Shown: in pieces, positions 24,057-32,000 of the stretch
How positions within the stretch are numbered: position 1 is the first letter of the stretch
Layout: each line of letters begins with the position of its first letter
Assembly (NCBI RefSeq): GCF_000940845.1
Contig: NZ_CP010341.1
Location: 2,580,001-2,612,000 of the forward strand
DNA length: 32,000 nucleotides
Direction of reading: 5' to 3'
Source of the DNA: Propionibacterium freudenreichii subsp. freudenreichii
Lineage (GTDB): Bacteria; Actinomycetota; Actinomycetes; Propionibacteriales; Propionibacteriaceae
Program-made: the position numbers and the translations under genes
Notes under the pieces: model-generated
What the model was told of the DNA's origin: nothing
Database searches by the model: none
Seen by the model: the letters and a program-made list of their open reading frames with translations, nothing else

Positions 24057-26018
24057 GTGTCCGATATGCCCGCACCCATCCTGGAACTGCTCGTCCTCGC
24101 GCTGCTGGCGGTGGCGATGGCGGAGGTGGCCAAGCGCATCATCACCGGAGTGAGCTTCGTGCGCCGCTTCGTGGCGTCGCTGTTGGTGTTCCTGCTGACG
24201 CTGCCGGCCGGCACCTGGGTGATGGAGCAGACCCGCATCGTGACGCCCGACGGCACCCTGCAGGTGAGCTGGCCCATCTTCCTGCTGGTGATGGTGCTGT
24301 GCTTCGTGTGGGTGTTCGCCGCGGCCCTCACCGGACTGGTGGTGCTCGAGATGGTGCTGCCCAGCGGGTCGATGCCGTCGCCGATCCAGTCGGCGCGCGA
24401 CATCCGGATGGCGCTGCGCCGTCACCGCCGCTACCTGCAGCTCGGCTGGATCGCCATGAGTTCCGGGCTGTGGAAGGCGCTGCGCAAGGGCCCCGATTCG
24501 CCCGGTTTCGGCGAGGCCCTGGTGAAGATGCTCAACCGCTCGGGCGTCACCTTCATCAAGCTCGGCCAGGTGCTGTCGACCCGTCCCGACGTGCTGCCGA
24601 ACACCGTGATGACCGCCCTCTCGTCGTTGTGGGACACCGCGGCCCCCGCCCCCGAGCAGAACATCCGCACCATGCTGCGCAGCCAGTGGGGCCGCGACCC
24701 GGAGGAGGTGCTCGGCAGCTTCGACGACACGCCCTTCGCCGCCGCGTCGATCGCCCAGGTGCACCGCGCCACCCTGAAGGACGGCACGGCAGTGGTGATC
24801 AAGGTGCAGCGTCCCGGCGCCACCGAGCAGGTGGTGGTCGATTCCGACATCCTGCTGCGCTTCACCCGGCTTGCCGAGCAGCGCTTCGCCTGGGCGCGCG
24901 CAATGGGCGTCGACGCCCTGGGACGCGGCATGACCAAGGCCCTCAAGGAGGAGCTCGACTACCGTCGCGAGGCACGCAACACGAAGGCGATCGCCGCCAC
25001 GCTGGCCGACAACCCGGCGATCACCACGCCGGTGGTGGACGAGGAGCTGACGCGCGAGAAGGTGCTCGTGATGAGCCCGGTGAACGGCTCGTCGCTGGTC
25101 TCGAAGGTGGACACGCTCGACGACGACACCCGCCACGAGCTGGCGCGCACGCTGATGACCGCCACGCTGCAGGGCATCCTGGTGCACGGCATCTTCCACG
25201 CCGACCTGCATCCCGGCAACATCCTGCTGCTCGACGACGGGCGCATCGGCCTGCTCGACTTCGGTTCGGTGGGCGTGATCGACGCCGAGACCCGCCAGTT
25301 GATCGCCGCCCTACTGGTGGCCTTCGTGGCCGACGACAACTCGGCCGCCACCACCGCCGTGACCGCCGCCTTCGACGTGGGCGACGAGGTCGACCGGATG
25401 GCGCTGCAGCGCGACCTCGGGCGCGCGTTGACGCTGCTGACGCACACCGGCGACGAATCCGCCGCCACCCTCAACGAGTTCTTCACGGTGATGCGCGACT
25501 ACCGCATCACCATTCCCGGTGACGTGGCAGGCGCCTTCCGCACCCTCACCTCGCTGGAGGGAACCCTCACCGCCCTGTCGGCCGACTACGGCCTGCTGGC
25601 CGGCGCCGAGGACGCCATGCCGTCGATCATCACCAAGTTGGCCGCCCCCAAGCAGCTGGCCATGATCGCGGCCACCACCACGATGACCTCGGCGCTGCTG
25701 GCGCGTCGCCTGCCCGCGCGCACCGAGCAGATCACCGACCTGCTGGCGCGTGGCCAGTACACGCTGAACACCCGGATGTTGTCGGATGACTCCGACCGGG
25801 AGTGGCTGCGTTCCCGCCTTGACGACGCGATGTCGTCACTGTTCGCGGCCGTGGCCGTGGTGCTCGCGGTGGTGTTCATCGTGATTCCCGGTGGGCCGGC
25901 CATCACGTCAACCCTCACCGGCTACGACCTGGCCGGTGCCGCCATCGGTTGCGTCGGGCTGGTGCTGATCCTGCGCCTGGTGGTGCGGCTATTCACCCGG
26001 TATTCGGGGCGCCCCTGA
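24057..26018 (+). CDS. ABC1/UbiB (AarF) atypical kinase family protein with N- and C-terminal TM segments
   Basis: 'TFIKLGQVLSTRPDVLP', 'FAAASIAQVHRATLKDGTAVVIKVQRPG' and 'HGIFHADLHPGNILLLDDGRIGLLDFGSVG' are present. Hydrophobic helices occupy the first ~125 aa and the last ~60 aa. The start is GTG 24057 or ATG 24066. Confidence 0.85.
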   Translation: MSDMPAPILELLVLALLAVAMAEVAKRIITGVSFVRRFVASLLVFLLTLPAGTWVMEQTRIVTPDGTLQVSWPIFLLVMVLCFVWVFAAALTGLVVLEMVLPSGSMPSPIQSARDIRMALRRHRRYLQLGWIAMSSGLWKALRKGPDSPGFGEALVKMLNRSGVTFIKLGQVLSTRPDVLPNTVMTALSSLWDTAAPAPEQNIRTMLRSQWGRDPEEVLGSFDDTPFAAASIAQVHRATLKDGTAVVIKVQRPGATEQVVVDSDILLRFTRLAEQRFAWARAMGVDALGRGMTKALKEELDYRREARNTKAIAATLADNPAITTPVVDEELTREKVLVMSPVNGSSLVSKVDTLDDDTRHELARTLMTATLQGILVHGIFHADLHPGNILLLDDGRIGLLDFGSVGVIDAETRQLIAALLVAFVADDNSAATTAVTAAFDVGDEVDRMALQRDLGRALTLLTHTGDESAATLNEFFTVMRDYRITIPGDVAGAFRTLTSLEGTLTALSADYGLLAGAEDAMPSIITKLAAPKQLAMIAATTTMTSALLARRLPARTEQITDLLARGQYTLNTRMLSDDSDREWLRSRLDDAMSSLFAAVAVVLAVVFIVIPGGPAITSTLTGYDLAGAAIGCVGLVLILRLVVRLFTRYSGRP

Positions 26019-26078
26019 TCGTTGCGGTGGATGTTGGCACCGCGCGCCTTCCGGGCCCGGGTCAGCGCAGATCCAGAA

Positions 26079-26126
26079 GATAGGGGCGGATAAAGCACGG
26101 TCTACGGTGCTTTATCCGCCCCTATC
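26079..26126. repeat. Interspersed palindromic repeat family 1, copy c
   Basis: GATAGGGGCGGATAAAGCACGG-tcta-CGGTGCTTTATCCGCCCCTATC has 22-nt arms with one mismatch. It starts 60 nt downstream of the ABC1 kinase stop. Confidence 0.85.
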
Positions 26127-26186
26127 TTTGCGTCCGATCACGTGGGGTGGACGCCGGGTGCCCATCCGGGGCCGGCACTTCCACCA

Positions 26187-26239
26187 CTAACTGGACAGTT
26201 GTGCGGCAATGACGCCGCACAGTTGCCCACCCAACGAGG
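26187..26239. repeat. Hairpin repeat family 2, copy Y1
   Basis: CTAACTGGACAGTTGTGCGGCAATGACGCCGCACAGTTGCCCACCCAACGAGG is near-identical to 26401-26453, a direct repeat 214 bp apart. Confidence 0.85.
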
Positions 26240-26309
26240 TTTCGGGCGGGACGCGTCATGGCGTCGGACGACATGTTCGTGGCGCCTGGTCCGGCGCAGT
26301 TCGTCACTC

Positions 26310-26351
26310 AGTGGATGGTTGTGGTGATTAGACGCGTCGAAACCATCCACT
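26310..26351. repeat. Interspersed repeat family 3, copy 2, embedded in an 11-bp-stem hairpin
   Basis: AGTGGATGGTT...AACCATCCACT are exact reverse complements. The core 26315-26348 matches 6698-6731 at 30 of 34 positions. Confidence 0.75.
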
Positions 26352-26400
26352 TAAGGCCCGATCGGGCCGCATCCGCCCGGGTTTCGCCACGATCTGCACG

Positions 26401-26453
26401 CTAAGTGGACAGTTGTGCGGCAATGACGCCGCACAGTTGCCCACCTAACGGGG
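26401..26453. repeat. Hairpin repeat family 2, copy Y2
   Basis: CTAAGTGGACAGTTGTGCGGCAATGACGCCGCACAGTTGCCCACCTAACGGGG. It forms a 17-position stem with 14 Watson-Crick pairs, 2 G:T(U) pairs and 1 mismatch when read on the plus strand. Confidence 0.85.
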
Positions 26454-26484
26454 GGTTCGGGGCCAGGACGGGGACCAGCAGGAA

Positions 26485-27240
26485 CTAGTTGGTGGTCTTG
26501 CCGGACGCGTCCGGCCCGTTGTCGGGCACCTGGGGGATGTCGGGGCGGGTGTCGCCGTCATCGGATGCCTCGTCGGCCCGGGGAGCAGCATCGGTCTGGG
26601 GAGCAGCTCCGCCCTGCGATGTCGGAACGATCGGCTCGGTCGGCTGATCGGCCGCGCCCTGCGCAGCCGCACTGTGGCCGGTGGCGTCCTGCGCGGACGC
26701 CTGACCAGCGCCGTCCTGACCCGCACTGTCCTGACCCGGCGCGAATCCCTGCGTTGCGCCATAGGCGGTGCCGGCGTCGAAGCGCTGGCCCTGGGTGGTC
26801 GCATACTTGGCGGCACCGGGCGCGGCCTGGCCGTCACCGAAGGCGCCGGTGCCATAGGGCGCCGCGTCGGCCGGCGGCTGCGCGGGAGCGGGTGCCGGCG
26901 CAGGGGCCGCGGGGGCCTGGGCCTGTTGCGGCTGGGTGGCGTAGGTGCCCGGAATCTGCTGCCCGTAGGGCGCCACCGCAGTGGGCAGCTGGCCGCCGTA
27001 GTACTCAATGGCGAGCTTGTTGCCCTCGGGGCGTCCCCACACAAACCAGCAGATCATGCCGATCAGGCCCGACGGCAACGCCGCCAGCGCCCACAGCGCC
27101 TTCATGCCGGGCGTCCAATTCCTTGAGGTGATGATGCTCACCAGGGTGATAACCCACAGGATTGCCGGGATCGCCAGGATGATGAGGAAGACACCGACGG
27201 AAATGCCGTCGAGGAAGTTCGTGTCCAAGGGAGTCAGCAT
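26485..27240 (-). CDS. PLDc_N-domain membrane protein with a long low-complexity Ala/Gln/Pro/Gly tail
   Basis: The N-terminus 'VFLIILAIPAILWVITLVSIITSRNWTPGMKALWALAALPSGLIGMICWFVWGRP' fits the two-TM W...P..G....Y/W..GR pattern of the cardiolipin-synthase N-terminal (PLDc_N) domain. The remainder is compositionally biased. Confidence 0.6.
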   Translation of the reverse strand: MLTPLDTNFLDGISVGVFLIILAIPAILWVITLVSIITSRNWTPGMKALWALAALPSGLIGMICWFVWGRPEGNKLAIEYYGGQLPTAVAPYGQQIPGTYATQPQQAQAPAAPAPAPAPAQPPADAAPYGTGAFGDGQAAPGAAKYATTQGQRFDAGTAYGATQGFAPGQDSAGQDGAGQASAQDATGHSAAAQGAADQPTEPIVPTSQGGAAPQTDAAPRADEASDDGDTRPDIPQVPDNGPDASGKTTN

Positions 27241-27323
27241 GCAAGTGACATTACTGGCATGCCCGCGCCCCGGGGCGCCGACTCCCGGATCATTGGTTGC
27301 CGAAGTGCATATTCAGCCGGCGA

Positions 27324-28628
27324 TCAGGCACCTGTCGGGCCCGGGCCGCGCCGACGAAGACGCCGCGCCAGACGCGGGAGCAACAGGTACAGCGCCCAGG
27401 TGAGTCCCACTCCCCAGGCCACCGCGCTGCTCGTGAACAGGCCCGAGCCGGTGAGTTCCAGGGCGAACATCGCCGAGAACATGGGGGAGCGTTGGGTGAG
27501 CGTCAGCACGCAGGCGGCGCCCACCACCGCCACCGTCACGCCCACCGCGGCGTCCACATGGCACCAGCCCATCAGCGCCATCGTGAGGGACGCACCCACC
27601 GCCAGCGACGGCGTCAGCACGCCACCGTTCGACCCGGCGCCGAAGCTCAGCAGGGTGGCGCCGAACTTGGCGACGCAGGCGATCAGCAGGGCGCCGGGCA
27701 GCAGACCACCCGTCAGCACGGTCTGCACGAGCACCTGGCCGTTGCCGGGGATCTGGGGATTCCACAGGCCGATGGCCGCCACCGCCACGGCCCCGATCGG
27801 CACCGTCCACCACAGCCGCCGGGTGTCGGGCTCGTGGGCCTTGATCCAGGCCAGCGCCCGCTGGAAGGCGAAGCCCACCACCAGCGCCACGACAGCGATC
27901 AGCGCCGCCCAGGCGTAGGCGTGCACATCGACGCGCACCTGCGGCATCACATAGGTGCGCGCCCGATGGTTGAACAGCCACGACACCGCGGTCGACAGTG
28001 CGGAGATGATGACGGCAACCGCCACCTGCCACCAGCCACGACGGGTGCGCAGGTTGGGCCGCACCACCTCCTCGAGTGCGTACAGGGCGCCAGCAAGCGG
28101 CACGTTGTACACCGAGGCCAGGCCGGCTCCTGCGGTGGCGGCGATCAACAGGCCGCGGGTGGCCACGTCCACGCGGAAGCGCCGGGCCAGGGCCTGGGCG
28201 GCGACGGCCGCGTACTGGCGGGGTGCCGGCTCGCGTCCCTGTGAGATGCCGGTGCCGACGATGAGCATCTGGGCGAAGGCGTCGAGCACCGTGGCCAGCG
28301 GCGGCAGGCGCTTGGTGCCGGTGGGGTCGGTGGAGGCGCCCTTGACCCCCACGAGGTTTCCGCCCGGACGTGGCCGGATGCGCATCCAGATGAGCCCGCA
28401 GGCCACTCCGCCGAGCAGGGCCACCAGCAGGCGACGCCACCATGGGGCGCCGGCCGGTCCGTTGGGTGATTTCGTGAAGTCGAAGCCGAATGCCAGGGTC
28501 TCGATGAGTCGGTTCGCCTCGGCGGTGAGTCCACCGATCACTCCCGCCACCACGCCGGCCACGACGATGAGCACCACCATCGTGGGCCACCGTGTGCGGT
28601 CGGTTCGGCCTGTCGACTCTCCGTTCAT
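27324..28628 (-). CDS. ClC-family ion channel/antiporter (no CBS domains), with non-canonical selectivity-filter motifs
   Basis: 'GTGISQGREPAPRQ' aligns to the ClC 'GREGP' Glu-ex motif, 'FGAGSNGGVLTPSLAVGA' to 'GxFxP', and 'PGGNLVGVKGA' to the 'GSGIP' position. There are multiple TM segments. The ORF-track start is TTG 28649; ATG 28628 ('MNGESTG') is preferred. Confidence 0.8.
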   Translation of the reverse strand: MNGESTGRTDRTRWPTMVVLIVVAGVVAGVIGGLTAEANRLIETLAFGFDFTKSPNGPAGAPWWRRLLVALLGGVACGLIWMRIRPRPGGNLVGVKGASTDPTGTKRLPPLATVLDAFAQMLIVGTGISQGREPAPRQYAAVAAQALARRFRVDVATRGLLIAATAGAGLASVYNVPLAGALYALEEVVRPNLRTRRGWWQVAVAVIISALSTAVSWLFNHRARTYVMPQVRVDVHAYAWAALIAVVALVVGFAFQRALAWIKAHEPDTRRLWWTVPIGAVAVAAIGLWNPQIPGNGQVLVQTVLTGGLLPGALLIACVAKFGATLLSFGAGSNGGVLTPSLAVGASLTMALMGWCHVDAAVGVTVAVVGAACVLTLTQRSPMFSAMFALELTGSGLFTSSAVAWGVGLTWALYLLLPRLARRLRRRGPGPTGA

Positions 28629-29487
28629 CGGGTTGCGGGTCCGCCACAACGGTGCCCGTCACGGCTGTGTTCATGCCGCCCGTGCCCGTGGCCACAGTGC
28701 GCATGACAACAGTCGGCAGCGCGCCAGCGGGGATCATCGCACCCGATGATGGATCCGGGCTGATCAGCGCTTGCGAGGCGACGCATCGGACCCCCTGTCG
28801 GGACGGGCGCGGCGATCACCACGCGACGGTTCCGCCCGGCACCTCGTGCCGGACACCATCATTGTGCCGCCGCAGGGGATTTCCTGCTGACCAGGGGTGC
28901 GCGAAAAGTTGCTCCCTCGAATGGGGGTCCCTTCTTAGAAATCGACCGCCGCGGATGGTCGGTGGTCGAGGGCCGGGGCAATTCACACCTCGATGGCGAG
29001 GACCAGCTCCCGGGCGTCTGAGCGGTCGGCGCCCGCGCCGCCGGGCACGCCGTGGGTCGGGCGGCGTGTGTGTGCCCGGGGACACCGGCGGCGATCCAGG
29101 CAGTGACCTCCCACAGTTCCGGTCCGGGCATGCCTCTGGTCTGTTTGGTGCGTCTACTCCGATCGCTGTGGCACCCACGCGCCACTGATCGCCCTCCACA
29201 ATCACCACCGTCGATGTACACGCCATGATTCCCGTGTCCTCGCAGACACACCACCGGACCTGCCGAGGCAGGCCGCTGTGCTCAGAGCTCCTCGTGTCGC
29301 TCACGAACAGCGACCAGAAACCTGAAGACATGGGACACGCCGTTTGCATGACACGGCTCGCGGCTGTGTGCATCGTCCGGACGAAATAAACTGAGCGCAT
29401 GACGGCGCTTGGCTCGGCCCATTCCTGTCCCCGGTGCGGTGCGCCGGTTCCGGTCTATGTCGGTCGCGGTCGCAGGAGGCGGTGACC

Positions 29488-29787
29488 ATGTCGACGCGCG
29501 ACGACTACGCCGGGCTGAGCGACACGGTGCTCTACGACGTGTTCTACGAGGCCGGGACCATGGTCGGCGGAGCTCTTGTGGCGTCCTGGCGGCGCGCTGA
29601 GGCGGCCGGCGACCAGGTGGCTGCGCAGCAGTTCCGGGATGAGCATTTTTCCGTTAACCATGAACGCAACGCGGTGGCGGCCCGGGATCGTGAGGGCCAG
29701 ATCGCGTGGATCCTTCGGTGGGAGGCCCGCCGTGAGGAGCTTCGGCGGGCCGCCGACGGCGATGACACCCGGCCCGCCAGTCACTGA
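29488..29787 (+). CDS. Hypothetical helical protein (99 aa)
   Basis: ATG at 29488 has AGGAGG 8 nt upstream. 'MSTRDDYAGLSDTVLYDVFYEAG...' has protein-like composition. No family was recognised. Confidence 0.4.
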   Translation: MSTRDDYAGLSDTVLYDVFYEAGTMVGGALVASWRRAEAAGDQVAAQQFRDEHFSVNHERNAVAARDREGQIAWILRWEARREELRRAADGDDTRPASH

Positions 29788-30282
29788 CTGAATCCCCCGC
29801 AAACAGCGCTGAGGGGCGCTCCAAGACCAGCTGACGGGCGCCCTGAAGCTCTCATCTCGCGTTGTAACCACATATTGATACGACACAACAAGACCGCGGG
29901 CCACCGCCGTTCTGTCATGCCGGAGCACGCTCTGCCCGGTGAAACAATGATGGCAAACCACCGGTGACTCAACCGGAGGGCCCGGACAACCATGCCCCTA
30001 TTTCGATGAAGAGGAAGAAACCAGTAGTAGCCCACAGGAGTTTTCGAGGAAGCCTCACGCGTCTTTCATAGAAGACCTAGCAATCTTGAGGCACTGGATG
30101 GGAAAATACTCCCAAAAACCTATTGCGCCAACAAACCTGCTGACAATGGTCTACGAGTAAAGACAATCCGAAGTAGTCCCTTGCGGGAACGACGCCGTTG
30201 CGCGGAACGTTATCGTCGCGCAGGGGTCAGGATGCTTCTGCTTTCGCCACCGATATAGGTGGCCGTCGTGCGGGCCGCCGGG

Positions 30283-30516
30283 TCAGTGGCAGCAGCAGGC
30301 GCCGCCGTCGTCGCAGGTCTTCACGGTGCGTCCGTCAGCGGTGACGACGACCTTCTTCTTGGGCCAGAAGTGCGACACCGCACCGAGCGCCGCGCCGGTG
30401 CCGATCGCCAGCACGATGGCCGATTGCACGTCGGTTGCGAACCAGCCGATGCCGAAGACGACGATGCATGCGGCGGCGATGATCACCAGACGCTGCCAGC
30501 TGGTCTGCTTGTTCAT
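30283..30516 (-). CDS. Small two-TM membrane protein with a C-terminal Cys cluster (…TCDDGGACCCH)
   Basis: 77-aa ORF with an ATG start. It has two hydrophobic helices ('LVIIAAACIVVFGIGWF' and 'AIVLAIGTGAALGAV'), a basic 'WPKKK' stop-transfer segment and a soluble tail ending in CCCH. It sits in a low-GC islet and has a weak RBS. Confidence 0.35.
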   Translation of the reverse strand: MNKQTSWQRLVIIAAACIVVFGIGWFATDVQSAIVLAIGTGAALGAVSHFWPKKKVVVTADGRTVKTCDDGGACCCH

Positions 30517-30742
30517 AAGGCAACCCTAAGTTCTCGGCCGGCGAACGTCCACCCCGTCCACGCGCGAGGACCATCCAGCGGTCACTTTGGACGCATTCCC
30601 AGCCGCATCTGCACGATTTCCCGACTGCCGAAGGCCTCACCCCCGGAACTGGGCCCCTAGCCAGCTGGGCAACTGAGCAGCACGCGCCGGACTCTCAACG
30701 CCCCCACGCATCCCACCCGGGAAACACCGTGACCAACGACCG

Positions 30743-31156
30743 CTAGTTGCCCATCGGCGAAAGGCCCTGGGGCGTGTCCACGGGTGTCGCTGTCCTGTTC
30801 GGAGAGGGGCGCTTGAGACTGGAGAGAATCGCCACGACGCATGCGAAGAGCCCCAGCAGTGGGATCTGCGACCAAGCGGTCATGCCTCCTCGGAGCAGCC
30901 CTCCGCTGCCCCAGATGAGGAACAGCACCACGATGCAGAAGCCCTTGATCCACGACCCTGCACTTTCCGAACCAGAGGCATACCGGACAAGCAATACCAA
31001 TCCTGCACAGACAAGTAACAATGCTGCCACCAGTGCAAGGATGAGCGGCCCCGACCACGATGCCTTCATATCAACCAGGTCGGCGACGATCGACCAGAAC
31101 ATGAAAGCCATGAAGGCAATCATGAGACCACACACCCGCTTTGTCCTCGTGTCCAT
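30743..31156 (-). CDS. Four-TM membrane protein (hypothetical)
   Basis: ATG at 31156 ('MDTRTKRV') has GAGGGAAAG upstream; the ORF-track GTG at 31222 is less likely. There are four hydrophobic segments. The gene is clearly less GC-rich than its surroundings. No family was recognised. Confidence 0.45.
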   Translation of the reverse strand: MDTRTKRVCGLMIAFMAFMFWSIVADLVDMKASWSGPLILALVAALLLVCAGLVLLVRYASGSESAGSWIKGFCIVVLFLIWGSGGLLRGGMTAWSQIPLLGLFACVVAILSSLKRPSPNRTATPVDTPQGLSPMGN

Positions 31157-31318
31157 AATGTTCTTTCCCTCTTCATCATCCCTTGTGGAACAGTTGTCCC
31201 CATGTCGTTGAATTACATGCACTAAACCGTGCAGTGTGCCCCAGCCGCGTCGGACAGCGCAGGGGCTGGACAGCCGGGGGTGGACCCGAAGACCCGCCCC
31301 CCGACTGTCGCGCGGCGA

Positions 31319-32000
31319 TCAGGTGAGCGAGGCCGCAGCGATCTTGTTGATCGACGCCTCGAGCTTGCCGTCGAAGTCCTCTGGGCTGTCGTCCACCGAC
31401 AGGCCCTCCGACAGGGCACGCGAGAAGCTGGCGATCAGGCCATGGTTGCGGGCCAGGCGCTCGCAGGCCTCGTCGCGGCTGAATCCGCCCGACAGCGCCA
31501 CGACGCGCAGCACCCGCGGGTCGGCGATCAGGTCGGCGTACAGATCGTCCTTCACCGGGATCGAGACCTTGAACATCACCTGCTGGCCCTCGGCCAGGCC
31601 GTCCAGGTGGCTGGCCAGCTGGTCATGCAGCACCTGCTCGCTGGCCTCGCGATCGGTGGCGGTGATGTCGGCCTCCGGCTCGAGGATCGGCACCAGGCCC
31701 TTTGCCAGGATCTGCGCGCCAAGCTCGAACTGCTGGTCGACAATCGCCTTGATTCCCTGCGCGTCGTGATGGGCGATCACCGAGCGCATCTTGGTGCCGA
31801 AGATGCCCTTGGCCACGGCACGGTCAAGCAGCTTGTCCAAGTCGGGAATCGGCTTCATGAGCTTGACGCCATGAGCTTCCTCGCCAAGGCCCTTGTCAAC
31901 CTTGAGGAACGGCACGATGCGCTTGCGCTCCCACAGGAACTGCGCGGTCGGCACGTCATCCACGGTGTTGTCCATGGTGCGCTCGAAGAGGATCGCGGCG
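31319..32000 (-). CDS. fda: Class I fructose-bisphosphate aldolase (Fda type), 5' end outside the window
   Basis: 'VPFLKVDKGL', 'GIFGTKMRS', 'AKGLVPILEPE', 'VVALSGGFSR' and 'LIASFSRAL' are collinear with the Staphylococcus-type class I Fda as I recall it. The reading frame stays open upstream of the listed Met to the window edge. Confidence 0.85.
   Translation of the reverse strand, partial: AAILFERTMDNTVDDVPTAQFLWERKRIVPFLKVDKGLGEEAHGVKLMKPIPDLDKLLDRAVAKGIFGTKMRSVIAHHDAQGIKAIVDQQFELGAQILAKGLVPILEPEADITATDREASEQVLHDQLASHLDGLAEGQQVMFKVSIPVKDDLYADLIADPRVLRVVALSGGFSRDEACERLARNHGLIASFSRALSEGLSVDDSPEDFDGKLEASINKIAAASLT

Noticed and set aside
26079-26453. Possible CRISPR array, suggested by recurring hairpin-forming repeats.
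   Set aside because: The repeats belong to three different families, are not regularly spaced and occur only twice locally. No cas genes are present. The pattern fits REP/BIME-like elements better.
28629-28920. Fluoride (crcB-motif) riboswitch upstream of the atypical ClC gene.
   Set aside because: The minus-strand leader has fragments such as 'AAUGAUGGUGUCC', 'AACCGUC' and 'GCUGAUCA'. They are not arranged as the GGCGAUGG..CGCC / AACCGCC / CUGAUGAUGCCUAC pseudoknot architecture. The local strong hairpin CCGGCAC-GAG-GUGCCGG is incompatible with it.
28859-29300. Intact metallophosphoesterase gene, suggested by GNH and GHTH motifs on the minus strand.
   Set aside because: The motifs fall in different reading frames and are far too close together, and motif II is missing. 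At best this is a heavily decayed relic, and it is reported only as a low-interest finding.

Overview
This is a high-GC actinobacterial chromosomal window. The gene content looks Propionibacteriales-like, but the organism cannot be determined from sequence alone. All calls come from reading motifs in the supplied ORF translations and the DNA; no database search was possible.

The left ~6.6 kb looks like an accessory nucleic-acid-targeting island:
- An Mrr-like nuclease gene (74-1099, minus strand) is transcribed divergently from a plus-strand cluster.
- The cluster begins with a HEPN protein carrying an 'RNEVGH' motif (1222-1983).
- It is ATGA-coupled to a 486-aa coiled-coil protein with a PD-(D/E)xK nuclease motif (1980-3440).
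- The last gene is a DinG/XPD-like SF2 helicase with no Fe-S cysteines and its own C-terminal PD-(D/E)xK-like module (3719-6292).
- No methyltransferase is visible. The island ends at a resolvase-type HTH relic and a patch of interspersed repeats.

This island is my best candidate for an undescribed anti-phage or anti-mobile-element system.

The remainder is ordinary or accessory metabolism: a frameshifted ltrA-family gene, cytochrome P450, aldo/keto reductase, a Pro-rich membrane protein with 72-bp tandem repeats, GH13 alpha-glucosidase, an NCS2/NAT purine permease fused to a degenerate-looking OHCU-decarboxylase-like domain, an alpha/beta hydrolase, an acyl-CoA synthetase, catalase next to a DyP peroxidase, an ABC1/UbiB kinase, a PLDc_N membrane protein, a ClC channel, a low-GC islet with orphan small membrane proteins, and a partial class I fructose-bisphosphate aldolase.

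Three families of interspersed hairpin repeats occur in intergenic regions, one of them with compensatory arm substitutions. No rRNA gene, tRNA gene, CRISPR array or intact IS element was found.
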